From positions 141,119,741-141,183,740 of the forward strand of contig CM041465.1 in assembly GCA_023213395.1 (NCBI GenBank): 64,000 nt of DNA. Reading direction: 5' to 3'. The translations under genes and the position numbers were made by a program. The first letter of the stretch is position 1. Each line of letters opens with the position of its first letter. A model generated the notes under the pieces. The model was not told the DNA's origin. It saw only the letters and a program-made list of their open reading frames with translations, and did no database searches. Positions 1-13,190 of this stretch are shown here, in pieces. This DNA is from Cycas panzhihuaensis (Eukaryota; Plantae; Cycadophyta).

Positions 1-1298
1 AGAGCAAATGATGAAGAAACATATGACTTAACACTTGTTATACAAGAAAATAAGGTCAGATTAAAAATTCCATAGGGCTTAGTGGAGAAAACTAAGAAAT
101 ATCGGGAGAACTACCTTGTCGGTAGATTCTCTAAACCCAGACCGGGGTTGGATACTTGGTAAAAAGGCCTTAACCCTTGAAAAATGGCATAGGGATTTTG
201 ATCCTTTCGTTCCCAAAATCAGAAAAGCACCCATATGGATTCAATTGCCAGGTCTTCCCTTGCACCATTGGAACCTCGAAGTGCTAAAAGGAATCGCGAA
301 AGTTGTGGGACCTCTTCTAGTAGTAGACTGGGCAACTAAGAATAGAATTAGACTCATAAACGCCAAATTCTGTGCCCTAGTGAGGATTAACAAACCTCTT
401 CTGGATGATCTATGGATTGATACAGAGGATGGGTGTTGGGAATAACCATTGGTTTACGAAATGGAGCATTTTAGATGCTCATTATGTAGAAATCTAGGCC
501 ACTTACCCCAGAAATGCCCAAGTGTAAAGAACCTAATGGGAGGGAAGCAAGAGGCCTCTATAGAGCCAAAACCCTAAGGGGCGATAGAGCCCATAGAGAT
601 AGGGACGGAAGGGCAGATATAAGAGATTCAAGGAAAGACTGAGGCACCTGAAGTTACAAAGGACCGAGTTGGGTACCCTCCAGAACAACAATATATCCCA
701 CCCTTGGATCTTGGCTTTGATCCTAATGAGGAGGACACTCTCTCAGATGCAGGGGAGTAGGTAGCTCAGGAATTAGAGGCCCCAGCGCACCCGAAAGGGG
801 ATGGTAGCCTAGGGGCTCTCACTTCAGTTGGGCCAAGGATGTTAGCCCAATACACCTTAGCACACATAGTAGAGACCTAGAAGAAGACATTGGAAGTGGG
901 CACTAAGATGGGGGTGGGTAAGCCCCCGCTGAATGAGGAGGACTCTCTCTCAGGTCCTAGGGTGTAGGTAGATCAAGAATCAGAGGCCCTAGCGCACCCA
1001 AATGGGGATGGAGGCCTTGGGGTGCTCATATCAGTCGGGCCCGGGACGTCAACCCAATACACCTTAGCACATTCGGTAGCATCCCAAAAGAAAACACTGG
1101 ACGTGGGCACTGAGAAGAGGGTAGGCAGGCCCCTTTGAAGCTGCTTAGAGAAAGAGAGGTGGTTGCCCAAGTGGATCAAGGTAACCATAAAACTCTAAAC
1201 GATGCTTTTCTGGAAGGGCCCATTCTCAGATCAAGAACAGAAGGAAGAGACCTACTGAAAGGTGTAACCGTAGAAGTCTGGAAGCAAAGAAGCAAGAG
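1..1298 (+). pseudogene. L1 ORF1 remnant (DUF4283 + zinc knuckle)
   Basis: ORF 116-445 plus downstream CSLCRNLGHLPQKC, interrupted by stops. Confidence 0.85.
725..1135 (+). repeat. 207-bp (69-codon) tandem duplication inside L1 ORF1
   Basis: AATGAGGAGGAC starts at 725 and 932; shared AGCGCACCC and CCCAATACACCTTAGCAC blocks follow. Confidence 0.85.
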
Positions 1299-4200
1299 AT
1301 GAAAATTATATCATGGAACATTAGGGGACTGAATGCCCCTTCGAAACTGAGGATTATCAGGGATATGAGGTATAAACACCACCTAGATTTAATGTTTTTA
1401 CAGGAAACAAAGCTAAGTGAGGAGAATGGTCCAAGGATCAGAAATAAAATTTAGAGGAAAGCGAAGGGCATAGAAGCTAACTATGCTCAAGGAGTTGGGG
1501 GTCTAATGGTGTTATGGGATTTGAATGTTTAGTACAGAGAAATTGGGAATCCTTTGTTTCTTTGTGGCTAACTAATAGAAGTAACAATCTAAGATACCTA
1601 GCCACTAATGTCTATGCCCTAAACCTTCAGGAGGCTAGGAAGAGGATATGGGACAGAATATTGGAAGTCCATAGGGATTGTGGAGCCCCTTGGCTTTTGG
1701 CGGGGGACTTCAATATGGCATTGTGCCTAGGAGATAAAAGAAGGGGTACAGAAGGATGGACCAGTAGTATGAGCAAGTTCAAAGGCTTCCTACAACAGGG
1801 GGGTTTTGAGGATGTCAAGCTTAGGGGTGCATTGTACACCTAGTCCAATAAGCGTGTGGGGGATCGTCTAATACAAATCAAACTAGATAGGGTGTTGGTC
1901 AATTATGACTGGCTAAGGTGTTTTAAGGACTTCACCCTGGAGTCTCTACTGAAGATGAGTTCCTACCACTGTCCTCTCCTGTTTCAATTTTTGGATCTGG
2001 GAAAATACATTGGTTCTCCTTTTAGGTTTGAAATGATGTGGCTTAGACACCCTGATTTTTGAAACAAGATTGAGAAATGGTGGGGTATTCAAATATGTGG
2101 CCATACCATGTATAGATTTTCAAAAATATTAGACTAGGTAAAAAGGCAAGTAAAAGTATGAAATAAGGAAGTCTTTCAAAATATCCATGTACTCAAGGAC
2201 AAAACCATCTTGGATCTGAAAGAGACAGAGGATAAGATACAATAGGAGGGCAGATCCCTAGATCTCGACAAGACAGAGAAGGAATTGGTCAAAAATTTGG
2301 AGGAGATCCTCACTAAAGAGGAAATACACTGGAGGCAAAAATCCAGGGCATTATGGTTGGCAGAAGGTGATAAAAACACTAAATTTTTCCATATGACCAC
2401 AGCTAAGCATAGAGCAAGCAACAGAATAACTAACCTTCAAAGGGAAGATGGCTCATTAGTAAGCTCCACGGAAGATATGAAGGAACTAGCTAGAGATTAC
2501 TTCAAGGGTTTATATATTGAGCCGCAGGATGATGATAAGGATAGAATGAAGGACTTCCTAAGAAACATTCCCAGTTTGGTGAACGAATCTCAAAATGTAT
2601 GGTTGACAGCTCCTTTTACTCAAGATGAGGTTAGACTGGCTCTCTTTGGTATGAAGAGAGACAAAGCTCCAGGCCCCAATGGATTTCCTTTAGGGTTCTT
2701 TCAGGAGTTTTGGGATATCATAAAGAGTGACCTTATGGAGGCTTTGCAAGAATTCTATATAAACCATAAGGTTCTACAAGAATGGTAAGCTACATTCCTT
2801 GTCCTTATCCCTAAAAAAGAAGGGGCGAAGCAAATGGAGGACTACCATCCCATTAGTCTCTATAATGTTAAATATAAGATTATAACCAAGGTTCTGGCCA
2901 ACAGATTAAAGAAGATCATGCTGAATATGATCTCTCAGAATCATGATGGTTTCCTCTAGGGAAGACAGATCTATGACAACTTCATAGTGGTTCATGAAAC
3001 AATTCATTTGGTCAGGGAAAGGAAGGAGCCTGCGATGCTCATTAAGATCGACCTCACAAAGGCCTTCGATAGGGTCTCTTGGGATTGCCTTTTAGATTGT
3101 TTAGAGGCATTTGGCTTTGGGGCTTTATGGAGGACTTGGATCAAGCTCTGCATAGGTAACCCGCAATACTTAATCATTATCAATGGATCCTCTTCCAAAT
3201 TTTTCCCAGGTTTTAGAGGATTGAGACAAGGTAACCCTCTCTCTCCCTTTCTCTACATAACTTTGGCTGAAATGCTGGGAAGAGCTATGGAGGCAGCTAG
3301 AAGATAAGGGATTATTAAAGGTATAAAGCTAACAACAGGGGTGGATAATGTTGTCCACCACCAATTCGTCGATGATAATATCTTCTTAGGGAAGGCAACC
3401 ATTAAAGAGGCCTGTAAATTCAAGGAGATCTTGGGATATTTTGAGAGGGCTATGAATTAGAAGATCAGCTTAAACAAAAGTAATGTCTACTTCATAAACA
3501 CCCTAGGGGCACCCAAAGTAGGATTAGCAGGATTTTAGAGATGGGTATTAAGAAACTCCCCACAACTTTTCTTGGTATGCCTCTCTTCAAAGGTAAGATA
3601 TCTAAGGAAATGTGGAACCCCCTCATCGACAGGATGCAAAGGAAGTTAGCTGGTTGGAAAGGTGCTCTTCTAAGACTAATGGGGAAGATCCAGCTAGTGG
3701 CAACTACGCTTTAGAATACCTAGTATACTGGATGACTATCTTCAGAATGCTATTTAGAATCTCATCTACTATAGAAACCATCCAGAAGAGATTCCTATGG
3801 TTTGGGGTAGAGGACAAAGATAAGATACACTTGGTGAGTTGGAATAAAGTTTGTACTCCGAAATAGGCCGGTGGCCTTAATCTGAGAAAGATTCCAACTT
3901 TTAATGTTGCTCTCGGGGCCAAGCTAGGCTGGTGTCTAGTCAAAGGGGGTGAGAGACTTTGGGAGAAGATTCTTACATAGAAATATCTTCAAGATGGTTC
4001 TCTCATCGAAAACCTTGCTTCGCCAGTCAGATCAATTATATGGAGAAGCATCCTTAAAGCATGGAAAGTTGTAAGAGAATGCTTAAAATAAAGATTAGGA
4101 GATGGAAGCTCCATTAAGTTTTGGGAGGATGCATGGTGTTCTGATAAGGCCTTAAAGCAATATCCATATCTAGCACCTATTCAGGATCCCTGTGTAAGGT

Positions 4201-5482
4201 TATATAGTTCCCTCGTGAAGGATTATTGGACTGGGATAAGAAGAGATGGAAGTTAGAGAAACTTTGAGGAATTACAGAGGGAGCAACTACTTTAGGATGG
4301 TCTTTCCAAACTTAAAAGGATTCTGGATAATAGCTATATCCCTAGGATTACCTTCCCGAACTCTGTCGTGTGGCCCTTAAACCATCCGGGGAGTATGCCG
4401 CCAAACAAGGTTATCACTTCTTATGCCTGGTGAGAGGAGATTGGAGGAATGAAATATTAGAAGGCATTTGAAAGCTCTCACTTATCCCTAAGATCACAGT
4501 TTTTTGGTGGATCTGTCTAAGGAATAAAATTCTTACTGTGGATAACCTCAAAAAGAGAGGTTTCCACCTGCCTAATAGGTGTATTCTATGTTGTAAAGAG
4601 GAAGAATCCATGGACCATATCTTACTTGGGTGCCCATACTCGAGAGAGGTATGGGGGCTGATATTGGACAAACTGGAAGTGTGTTGGGCCTTTTCCAGAA
4701 AGGTAGCTGACCAATGGTCTGCTTGGCAAAGCCTGTTCAGAAGCAAAGTCTTAAGCAGTATTTGGAAGAGTACATTTCTGATACTGTTGTGGAATATATG
4801 GAAGGAAATAAATAGAAGAATCTTCCAGGGGAACCAGATGGACCAGTATGCTATCTTCAAAAAAATCTCCATGGACATTAGGGAGAATGTTAGAAACATT
4901 AAGGAGAAACACATCACCTTGATAAAAAATAGGATCCTGCTAAAGTGGGGAATAGAGCCAGTATACGAGGTTGTCAAGGTAAGATTTAGCCATTGGCTAC
5001 CTCCTAAGGAGTCCTGGCTGAAAATCAACTTTGAAGGTGCTTCAAAAGGGAACCTTGGAGAAGCTGGGGGAGGGAGAATTTGTAGAGATAACCTTAGAAA
5101 CCCTATATGGGCCTTCATGGATTATTATGATCACCAAATGAACCACTTTGCAAAATTGTACACTATGCTTAAAGCCATTGATTTAGCCCTTGAAGAAGGT
5201 TCCAAGCGATTGGTAATCGAGGGGGATTAAGAGACGGTCAGTAATTCACTGAAAGGCTCAGCCCTTCTGGATTTGTGTTTTCAATCCATGATCAATAATG
5301 CGAAGGAGAGTCTTAAGGGCCTAGAAGAAGTCTACACAAGACACACATTAAGAGAGGGAAACAAAGTGGCTGACTTTTTAGCAAACTGGGGGGTTAGGCA
5401 AAAGGAAGACATCATGTGGAGGTATGACTTTCCTGAGGATATCATGGTTCTGGTTGAGAAGGATAGGGTCCGACATAGTTAG
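1299..5482 (+). pseudogene. L1 ORF2 remnant: APE endonuclease, reverse transcriptase, zf-RVT, RNase H
   Basis: MKIISWNIRGLN at 1299, GDFN, KLDRVLVN, KAPGPNGF, KAFDRVSW, GLRQGNPLSPFL, QFVDD, CILC..EESMDH and REGNKVADFLA; many stops and frameshifts. Confidence 0.95.
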
Positions 5483-5640
5483 CCATGGGGCTTGTCCCGG
5501 CATTGTAGTTTCTATGCCTAAACCATGGGGATGTCACGATCATCTATGACTGGGAAGCCTAAAGATTATTGATGTACTAGGTTATGGGATCCTGTTTCAA
5601 ACCCACTTATAATTAATTTTTACCTTATAAAAAAAAAAAG

Positions 5641-5683
5641 AGGGTAAAATGATAAATTCATAATAATCAAATCCAGTTCTAAA
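5641..5683 (-). pseudogene. Displaced piece of Gypsy RT (FRTGFDYYEFIILP), continuation of the RT broken at 16607
   Basis: Joined to ...YHQI*IKEEGIPKIDF at about 16612-16660, it restores the Gypsy RT motif TAFRTRxGHYEFxVLPF. Confidence 0.8.
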
Positions 5684-6062
5684 TGTAGAATTCATTGACA
5701 GGATCATATAACAATGGGCATTCAAATATAAATAAGAAAAATAGAGATATAACACTACAATAATACAAATTGGGTGCAAAATAGTTCAATCTTCAAATTG
5801 ATTAATTGATCGTTCTCAATTTTAGTAGAGATTCTATATATATAAACTTTCAATATATAAAGCATAGGGTTTATGCCTTATTTATAAGCATACAAACTCG
5901 AAATAAAAGAGTATAATTGGCTTATGTATTGGCAATGTGGTCAGACATGACTAATTTAACAAATACAACATAATTTATAAAGGGGATGCCCTAATATTAT
6001 ATTGAGTACAAAGTATATAGTACATGAATATTACAATGAAGGTGTCCTTATTAGTTTTAATA
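5684..6062 (-). repeat. 3' LTR of Copia-1
   Basis: Colinear with 16229-16606, diverged (roughly 75-80% by eye). Confidence 0.88.
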
Positions 6063-6069
6063 CCCTTCA

Positions 6070-9000
6070 TTAATGATAACTTCATTAGATTTGATATCAA
6101 GGTCATGTTAGAACCTTTCAAACTTTGGTTTATCAAGTGCTTTGGTGAAGATATCTACAACTTAGTCCTTAGTTGGTTGATAGACAAGGTTAACTTCTCC
6201 ATTTTGAACATGCTCACATATGAAGTGATAATAGACCTTTATGTGCTTAGTTGTAGTATGAAAATTTAGATTCTTTATCATCTTCAACACACTTTGATTA
6301 TTGCAATAAAGAATGATAACTAAAGTCTATTAAAGTCTAAGCTAAATAAGGATCCTTCTAAGCCAAATTAACTCTATGGTGGCATGGACAACTACTTTAT
6401 ATTTATCTTTTGTGGAGGAAAGTGTAACATTAGGTTATTTCTTATAACTCTAGAAGATTATAACTGAGTTCATGTCAAAATAGTATCCTGATGTCGAATA
6501 GCATGTGTCTTGATAACCTGCTTAATAAGTATCTATGTATCCTTTCAAGATAAAAGATTCAGTTTATTTATAGTCAAGTCCAAATTGATATGTGTCATGG
6601 ATATACTTGAGAATTCTGGTGGCAACCTTCTAATGGGATGCTTTAAGCTACAACATATACCTAAAGTAGATCCCAACTGTATAAGAGACATCTAGGTGAG
6701 TGTGAGTAAGGTAGAAGAGGCTCCCAACCAACTACTAGTATAATGTAGGATCAAAGGACTTTCCTTATTTATCTAGGTTAAGCTTGGTTCCTATTTCCAT
6801 CGAAGTTGGTACTGACTTATAGTTAGTCATTCTAAACCACTGTAAGAGTTTATTAGAGTACTTAGATTGTGACAAGAATTTGTGTCTTGGTTTCTACCAT
6901 ACTTTAATGCCAATGAAATAGTGTAGCAACCCAAGATCTGACATCTTAAAGTTATTTTTTAATTTAAATTATAACCAAGCTATAACTTTATTATGATTAC
7001 CCATGATTACCAAGTTGTCCACATAGAGCATAATGATTGTGATCAAGTTGCCTCTAATTTGATTATAAGGTGAACAACTAAATCCATGTTTTATGAAAAA
7101 TGCATCAATCTTTGCATACCATGCATATAATACTTACTTCAATCCATATAAGGCTTTCTTAAGTTTATAAACTAGATATTCTTTGTCAAGAATAACATAG
7201 TTAGGAGGTTGTTTCAAGAAAACCTCTTCTGTGAGCTCTTTATTTAGAAAACACTCTTCACATCCATTTGGTATATGGGCTAGTTGGATTAAGCCACAAG
7301 ATATATAATCAAATGGATTATTGTAGTGTTAGCTACTAGTATAAAGGTCTTATCATAGTCAATCCCCTCCTTTTATTTAAAACCTTTTATAACTAGATGA
7401 ACTTTGTGATGCTTGATAGTACCATCAATATGGAATTTAGTCTTGTAAAGTCATCGGTAATTAATTAGCTTCTTTTCAGGTGGTAGTTATGTTAGCTCCT
7501 ATGGATCATTATTAAGGATAGAGTTCATCTCTTCATCTATTAGTACATTCCATATTTAGTCTTTAAATACCTTCTTAAATGTAAAAGGCTCAGAGGTCTT
7601 AAGGACACATGGCATTAAGGCATAGTTGGTGGAGTGTCTCATTCTAGACTCTCTTTTGGGAGTTATGGGAGGAGGAGGAACCTCCTTTAGCAATTGTTGT
7701 ATCCACTTAGGAGGTGGTTGAAATCTGGTAGCCTCCAGTTAAAGATCATCAACTAATATAGGTGGCATTAATGTGATAACATCTAATATAGATGTTGAGG
7801 CTACTGAAACTAAAGATGAACTTAGTGTGTAGAAGGATATGGATGCTAGTGGCTCAAGAATTAGTACAAGAGACACTTCAAGTATATCAATATCATTTTT
7901 TTTTATAAACTAAATTTGTGAAGGATCTAGGTCTTAAATATCTTCAGTATATATTACATCTTGAGTGGTGTATTCCTAATTTCTAATAGTTTCATATACT
8001 TTATAAGCTTTTCATCCAAGTACCTAGTGAAGGAAAATGTACTTGAGGCTTTTATCATCTAGTTTCTTCTTATTCTTCTTGGGGATGAATTTGTAAGAAA
8101 TACATCCAAATGTCCTTAGATAAGAAAATATTGGTTTGATGCCTAACCAAGCCTCCTTAAGAGTGATGTTTCTTACTACTATTATAGAACTTCTATTGGT
8201 CAAATAAGTAGTAGTTGATATAGATTTAGCCCAAAACTTAGTAGTAAGATTTGTAGTACTCAACTTGGCTTTTTCTCTATTCACTAACGTTTGGTTCATT
8301 CTTTCTACTATACCATTTTATTAAGATGTACAAGAGGATGAGACTGGGTATTTGATGCCACATTATTTGTAAAAGTTGGTGAACTAATTAGACATATACT
8401 CTCTTCCATTGTCAAATCATAGCACCTTGATGTTCATTCCACTTTTATTTTCTACCTTAACCTTAAATTTTTTAAACTTATTAAAGGCTTAGAACTTATT
8501 CTTAAGAAAGTAGACTTGAACATTCCTAGAATAGTCATCAATAATTGTCATGAAAAATAGATTTCCATTGAGAGAAGGAATTGGCATGGGCTTACAAATA
8601 TCTGAGTGGACCAATCCTAATGGTTCTGATACTGTCCATGCTTTCTTTGATGGGAATCACTCTCTATGTTGTTTGTCCACTAAGCAAGCCTCATAAATGC
8701 ACCTATTTCTCCTAATAATTAGAAGCCCATGCATCATATATAGCCTAGATATGATATGTAGGGTTTACATATTCATGTGACTAAGGTATTGATGTTATAA
8801 TTAGTCCTTGGCACTGTTAGAGGTGGTTTTTATTTCTGAGTATAAACATTCATCTTAATCTTGGTCAAGGAGTGGGTCTTCAACTATGATAGCTTTCCCC
8901 TTATCAAGGTGATTGTTATGTGCTATGGAACATGTTTTTTATGGTAGAATAGTAGGGAGAGGAACCCTATCAAGTTTGTATGGGCCACTATACTCATGTC

Positions 9001-10544
9001 CTACTATAATGATTTATTTAGTAGCATGATCTGTGATTATGTAGATGTCTTAACTAAAAAGGATATCTAAGTTTTGCTTGTCAATTTGGCTAGAGCAAGT
9101 TCATATTCATACTTAGAACTATGAAAATATTATTTATGTGTTATCAAATTTTAGAGTCCTTTAATACAATTTGAGCCATTATAATTTTGGTCATATCATT
9201 GATGAGGTTGTCTCTAAATATGACAATCTAAGCTCTAATTAGATAAGTTTCCTTCATCAAGTCTTTAGTTTTAGTCATGTGACATATGACACTAGAATCT
9301 AGTAACTAAGAATTATCATCATATTAGGATGACAAAGCTACAAAGAATAAGTTTTAGGAGGAGGGTTGAGAATTAGCCATATTGCCTCTCTATTATGTAT
9401 TTCAGTTGTTCCTTGAGTTTCTTGATTGGAACCTTTGTCTATTTGATTGGCATTGGTTCTAGTTCTATCTCTAATTCTAATTTTATTAGAAGTATTAGTT
9501 TGGTTGTTAAAAAGGTAGTCCTCCTTATGGAATGCTAGGGCCTCCTTGTTAAAAGCTAAGGCCACCTAATTATCTTCCTTAGTTCTAAAGCATTTAGAAA
9601 TCAACTTGTCTTCTCCTATAGTCAGTAATAATATGCCCTTTTTCTGTACAATATATGCAGGTAACATTTTATCTACACTACTAATTCCTTCGTGGTTGAG
9701 ATTATTATGGCTATTATGGATGTTGAGGTTGTTGAGACTATTGAGAGGAAGTGCCAACTTATTGGGATTGTGGTTGCTAATGTATTCACTACTGACTTGG
9801 TTACTATGAGATGTTCAAGGAGCTAAACTAATGAGCAAGGATTTGTAGATGACTTAGTTATTAATTTGGTTACTAAGGTGGCTTATTCTCTCTTGAATTC
9901 CTAGCTACAAATTCAGCAATAGAGTTAGAGATAGATTCCATTCCTTGACAATTAAGAATATTCTCCTCCTTAAGAAAGAGTTCTTAAAAAATATTGAAGT
10001 CTATTTTGGCAAAGGTATCATAGAGTTCAGATATAAAGTTATTATATTCTATACAAACGATGTTTAGAATGCTAGATACAAGGTCATGATTAGAGATAGG
10101 TTCACCAAGGATGTTAAGTTAATTTCTTATTATTTTAACTCCAGTTAGGTGGGTTGTGATAATTCTAGTAAAAGGTATACCAAATAGGCATGCTTTCAAG
10201 ATTAGGGACTTAGAGTCATCCTTCCTCTCATAAAGGGTACAAATAATACTCCATGATTTATGAGAGGTTTAGGTTATTTTAAAATTTTAATTCACTTGGT
10301 ATTCTATAACTAAGTAGAGAAATAAAAATGCTATATTATCCTTAGCTTTGAAATTAGCTAAGGCAATTGGATTAGATGGAATTTCAATGGTGGAATTGTT
10401 TAGATTCTTAATAGATTTGGGTAGAGGTATGTCACCATTGACATAAACTCAATAATCATTTATGATAAGAAGATTTTTAATTTATTTCTTCCAAGCTAAA
10501 AAATTATTTATACCATTACGTTTAATGGTGTTAGATAAAAGCAT
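6070..10544 (-). pseudogene. Copia-1 gag-pol remnant
   Basis: Starts MLLSNTIKRNGINNFLAWKK. Integrase FWAKSISTTTYLTNRS and YLRTFGC..KKLDDKS; RT and RNase H motifs at about 6100-7560; many stops. Confidence 0.88.
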
Positions 10545-13004
10545 TTAGGTTATTATTTTACTATGTCCTTTAGTGTGGCTTTTAATGTCTTTTTATGTTC
10601 TATCTACCTAGTGGGACTACTAAACTAGAATGTTAAGTTTAGAGATCCCTAAGAAGCCCTTAATTATTAATTTGTTTAATGTTGTCTACCCATAAGTGGT
10701 AAATCATAGATTTTATATACTAGTATGTAAGTTCTAGGCTCTATATACCTTAGTACATGGGTTGTTAAAAAGGTCAAAGACTCCATTGACTTGTTAGTCC
10801 ACTTATACTTAGTGATAGATCTAGCTAAGAATTGCTAATCAAGGCACTCATCACCTCTTGGTTTAGCCTAGTCTCTAAACTCTAAGATAAGGTTTTCACC
10901 TCAACCTATAAGTTAATAAATCTTATACCTAATCCTCTTCTCTAATATTCATATAATTTGACAAGATCTAATAATGTATACAGAGTGGTAACTTCAGGGG
11001 TCTTATTTATTTTTCTTATAATACTCGTAAAGTTTTCTTGTAGATTATGAGTTATCTTTCTTAATGTTTTGAGTCAAAATTGATTTTAAAAGTGTGATCT
11101 TATTTATAAAGAGTGTTCTTTTTATAAAATAAAATCAAAGAGACTAAAAAAGAAAATAACTTAAAAGAAATGAGAGGGTTGGGGTGCTCTTTTAATGGAC
11201 TTTGCTCTAAATGAAGATCAACCTCCTTCACATAAGAAGGATACCTACAACCATAAAGAACAAGCACTTGCTAGCCAAAAAATAAGATAGGATAGTATAT
11301 TATATGATAAAAGCAACATTCAATAATAAAAAATACTTTGCAAACCAAGAGATTGTTAGAATTAGAATTGTAAACTAGTATAACAAACATCTAATAGTAA
11401 GTGAATGATAAACAATAAAGTATAAAAGAGATGAATTATATACAACATAAACACCATATATGGAGAATTGGCCAAAACTCAATTAGAGAGAATAAAGAGT
11501 ATATACTTATAATACACGCTCACCACTAGTGAGAGAATCTTGTTGGTTGACATAAAGGTGGCACACATATCTAGGTGGCCCACAACCTCTAATATAAAAA
11601 TATAAAGAATAGAGAGAGTTTACATAAGGTTAATGTAATTAGGTGATACACCCAATATTCCCCCCTATAATAGTTAATTACAGAAAATATTGTCACATTA
11701 AATGATAAGCTAAAGTCTTCAAAAATCTATTACATCATAAATGCTACTACATATGAATAAAAAACTATCAATGTCTAAGTGAAGCAGAGACCATCGATCA
11801 TAATGTATGGGTCCTCAGTTACTACAACCATCAGTTGGGTGGAAACTCCCTTTGTATACGTGGATCAATCAAGAGCTGGTAAGAGTAGCTGGAAAGGTCC
11901 CATCCCTTACTCATATAGGAGTGCAAGTAGAGAAAAAAATATATAAATGACACATGCCAGGTAAGAGTAGTTTTAAAAGTGTGTCCTACCTCTTTCTTAA
12001 TAGGGCTATCACTTCTTCGACATCTAATAGCTAAAACTACAATGGGCATAATGGCCTTAAATTTGCCACATGGGCTAAAAGATGCCTCTTTGGTCTATAC
12101 AACTTGCCACCATGGGCAAAATAACTAGTAATACACATTTTTACATAACTGAGAAATGATCGATGTGACACAAGTAAAGCATACATGACTCTCTCTCATA
12201 TAATAAAATATAAAATGAACACAATGGGTTCTCAAGAGCCTAGAAATTAAACTTTGGTACATGTTATCCCCTCCATTTGGGGTATATTACATCAAAAAAT
12301 ATCATGGAACCTCAAGATTTGCATGTAAATACCTAATAAAGCTGAAAAAATAAGAAAAGATGGAGATTTGTCAGAAAGTTTAAACTTCAAGCTTAAAAAT
12401 TTGCATCAAAACAACTCCAAAAATCATTAAGTAACATGCCATTAGAAAGGTCTCTCTATTACAAATCCAATGCAATAGACATGAGCAAAAATAAAGCCTT
12501 TTAGCTCAAGATATCAACAAAAAAGTAAGAGGTACTCTATATAAAACTAAAATTAGGGGCTAGCCCCTTTTACCAGCTAGCTATTGGTCACATAACACCT
12601 CCATATGACCAAGGGATGAAACACAAGGGGACTAGGAACACTTCAAATTTATATCCAATTTGATTTAATCAAGAATTTCAATGCCAAAAATATAATCCCT
12701 TTTAATAAAATCTCATGTCTACCTTGATTAAAAATATATATATATGCGAAAAAGATATTATAACTCTAAAATTATTAGGGCTCTAATTTTCTTTTTTCAA
12801 GTAATGGAGGGCCACTACAATGAGTGATTTCTAATTGCCATTGATGCAGGTTTGTAGAGGTTACTTGATCTTAGGTTTTGCCTTCCAAATTTTATATTTG
12901 GACGATGATGATGTAGGAGTACACGATGGGTTATGGCTTAGTCTACACAAGGAAGTTGAAGCCTCCATTACTTTGTGTTTGCATCACCATTATGAAGAGC
13001 TGGT

Positions 13005-13085
13005 CGTGACAATGAGCACTCCATCATCAATGTCAACCTTCACCTTGTTCATATTAGCATTCTTAGGGAGTCAAAAATGGCATCG
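13005..13085 (-). pseudogene. Captured small heat-shock protein (HSP20/alpha-crystallin) fragment
   Basis: Minus strand reads F*LPKNANMNKVKVDIDDGVLIVT, versus the class I sHSP consensus FRLPENAKMxxVKAxMENGVLTVT. Confidence 0.8.
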
Positions 13086-13190
13086 TCATGGAGATACATA
13101 TCATGGTGGGATCACATCCTGTATTCACACAGTCCTAAGAGTTGGAACATGATGGCCAAAGTGTCTACTATCATTTTCTCTGATCGATTG

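Larger units (their letters stand above)
1..5639 (+). mobile_element. L1-clade LINE, decayed, 5' end outside window, ends in poly(A)
   Basis: ORF1 has a DUF4283-like segment (PIWIQLPGLPLHHW) and a CX2CX4HX4C knuckle at about 477-518. ORF2 runs EN-RT-zf-RVT-RNase H. The A-tail at 5629-5639 abuts Gypsy RT sequence. Confidence 0.95.

Noticed and set aside
4414-5118. 234-aa minus-strand ORF
   Set aside because: Antisense shadow of L1 ORF2.
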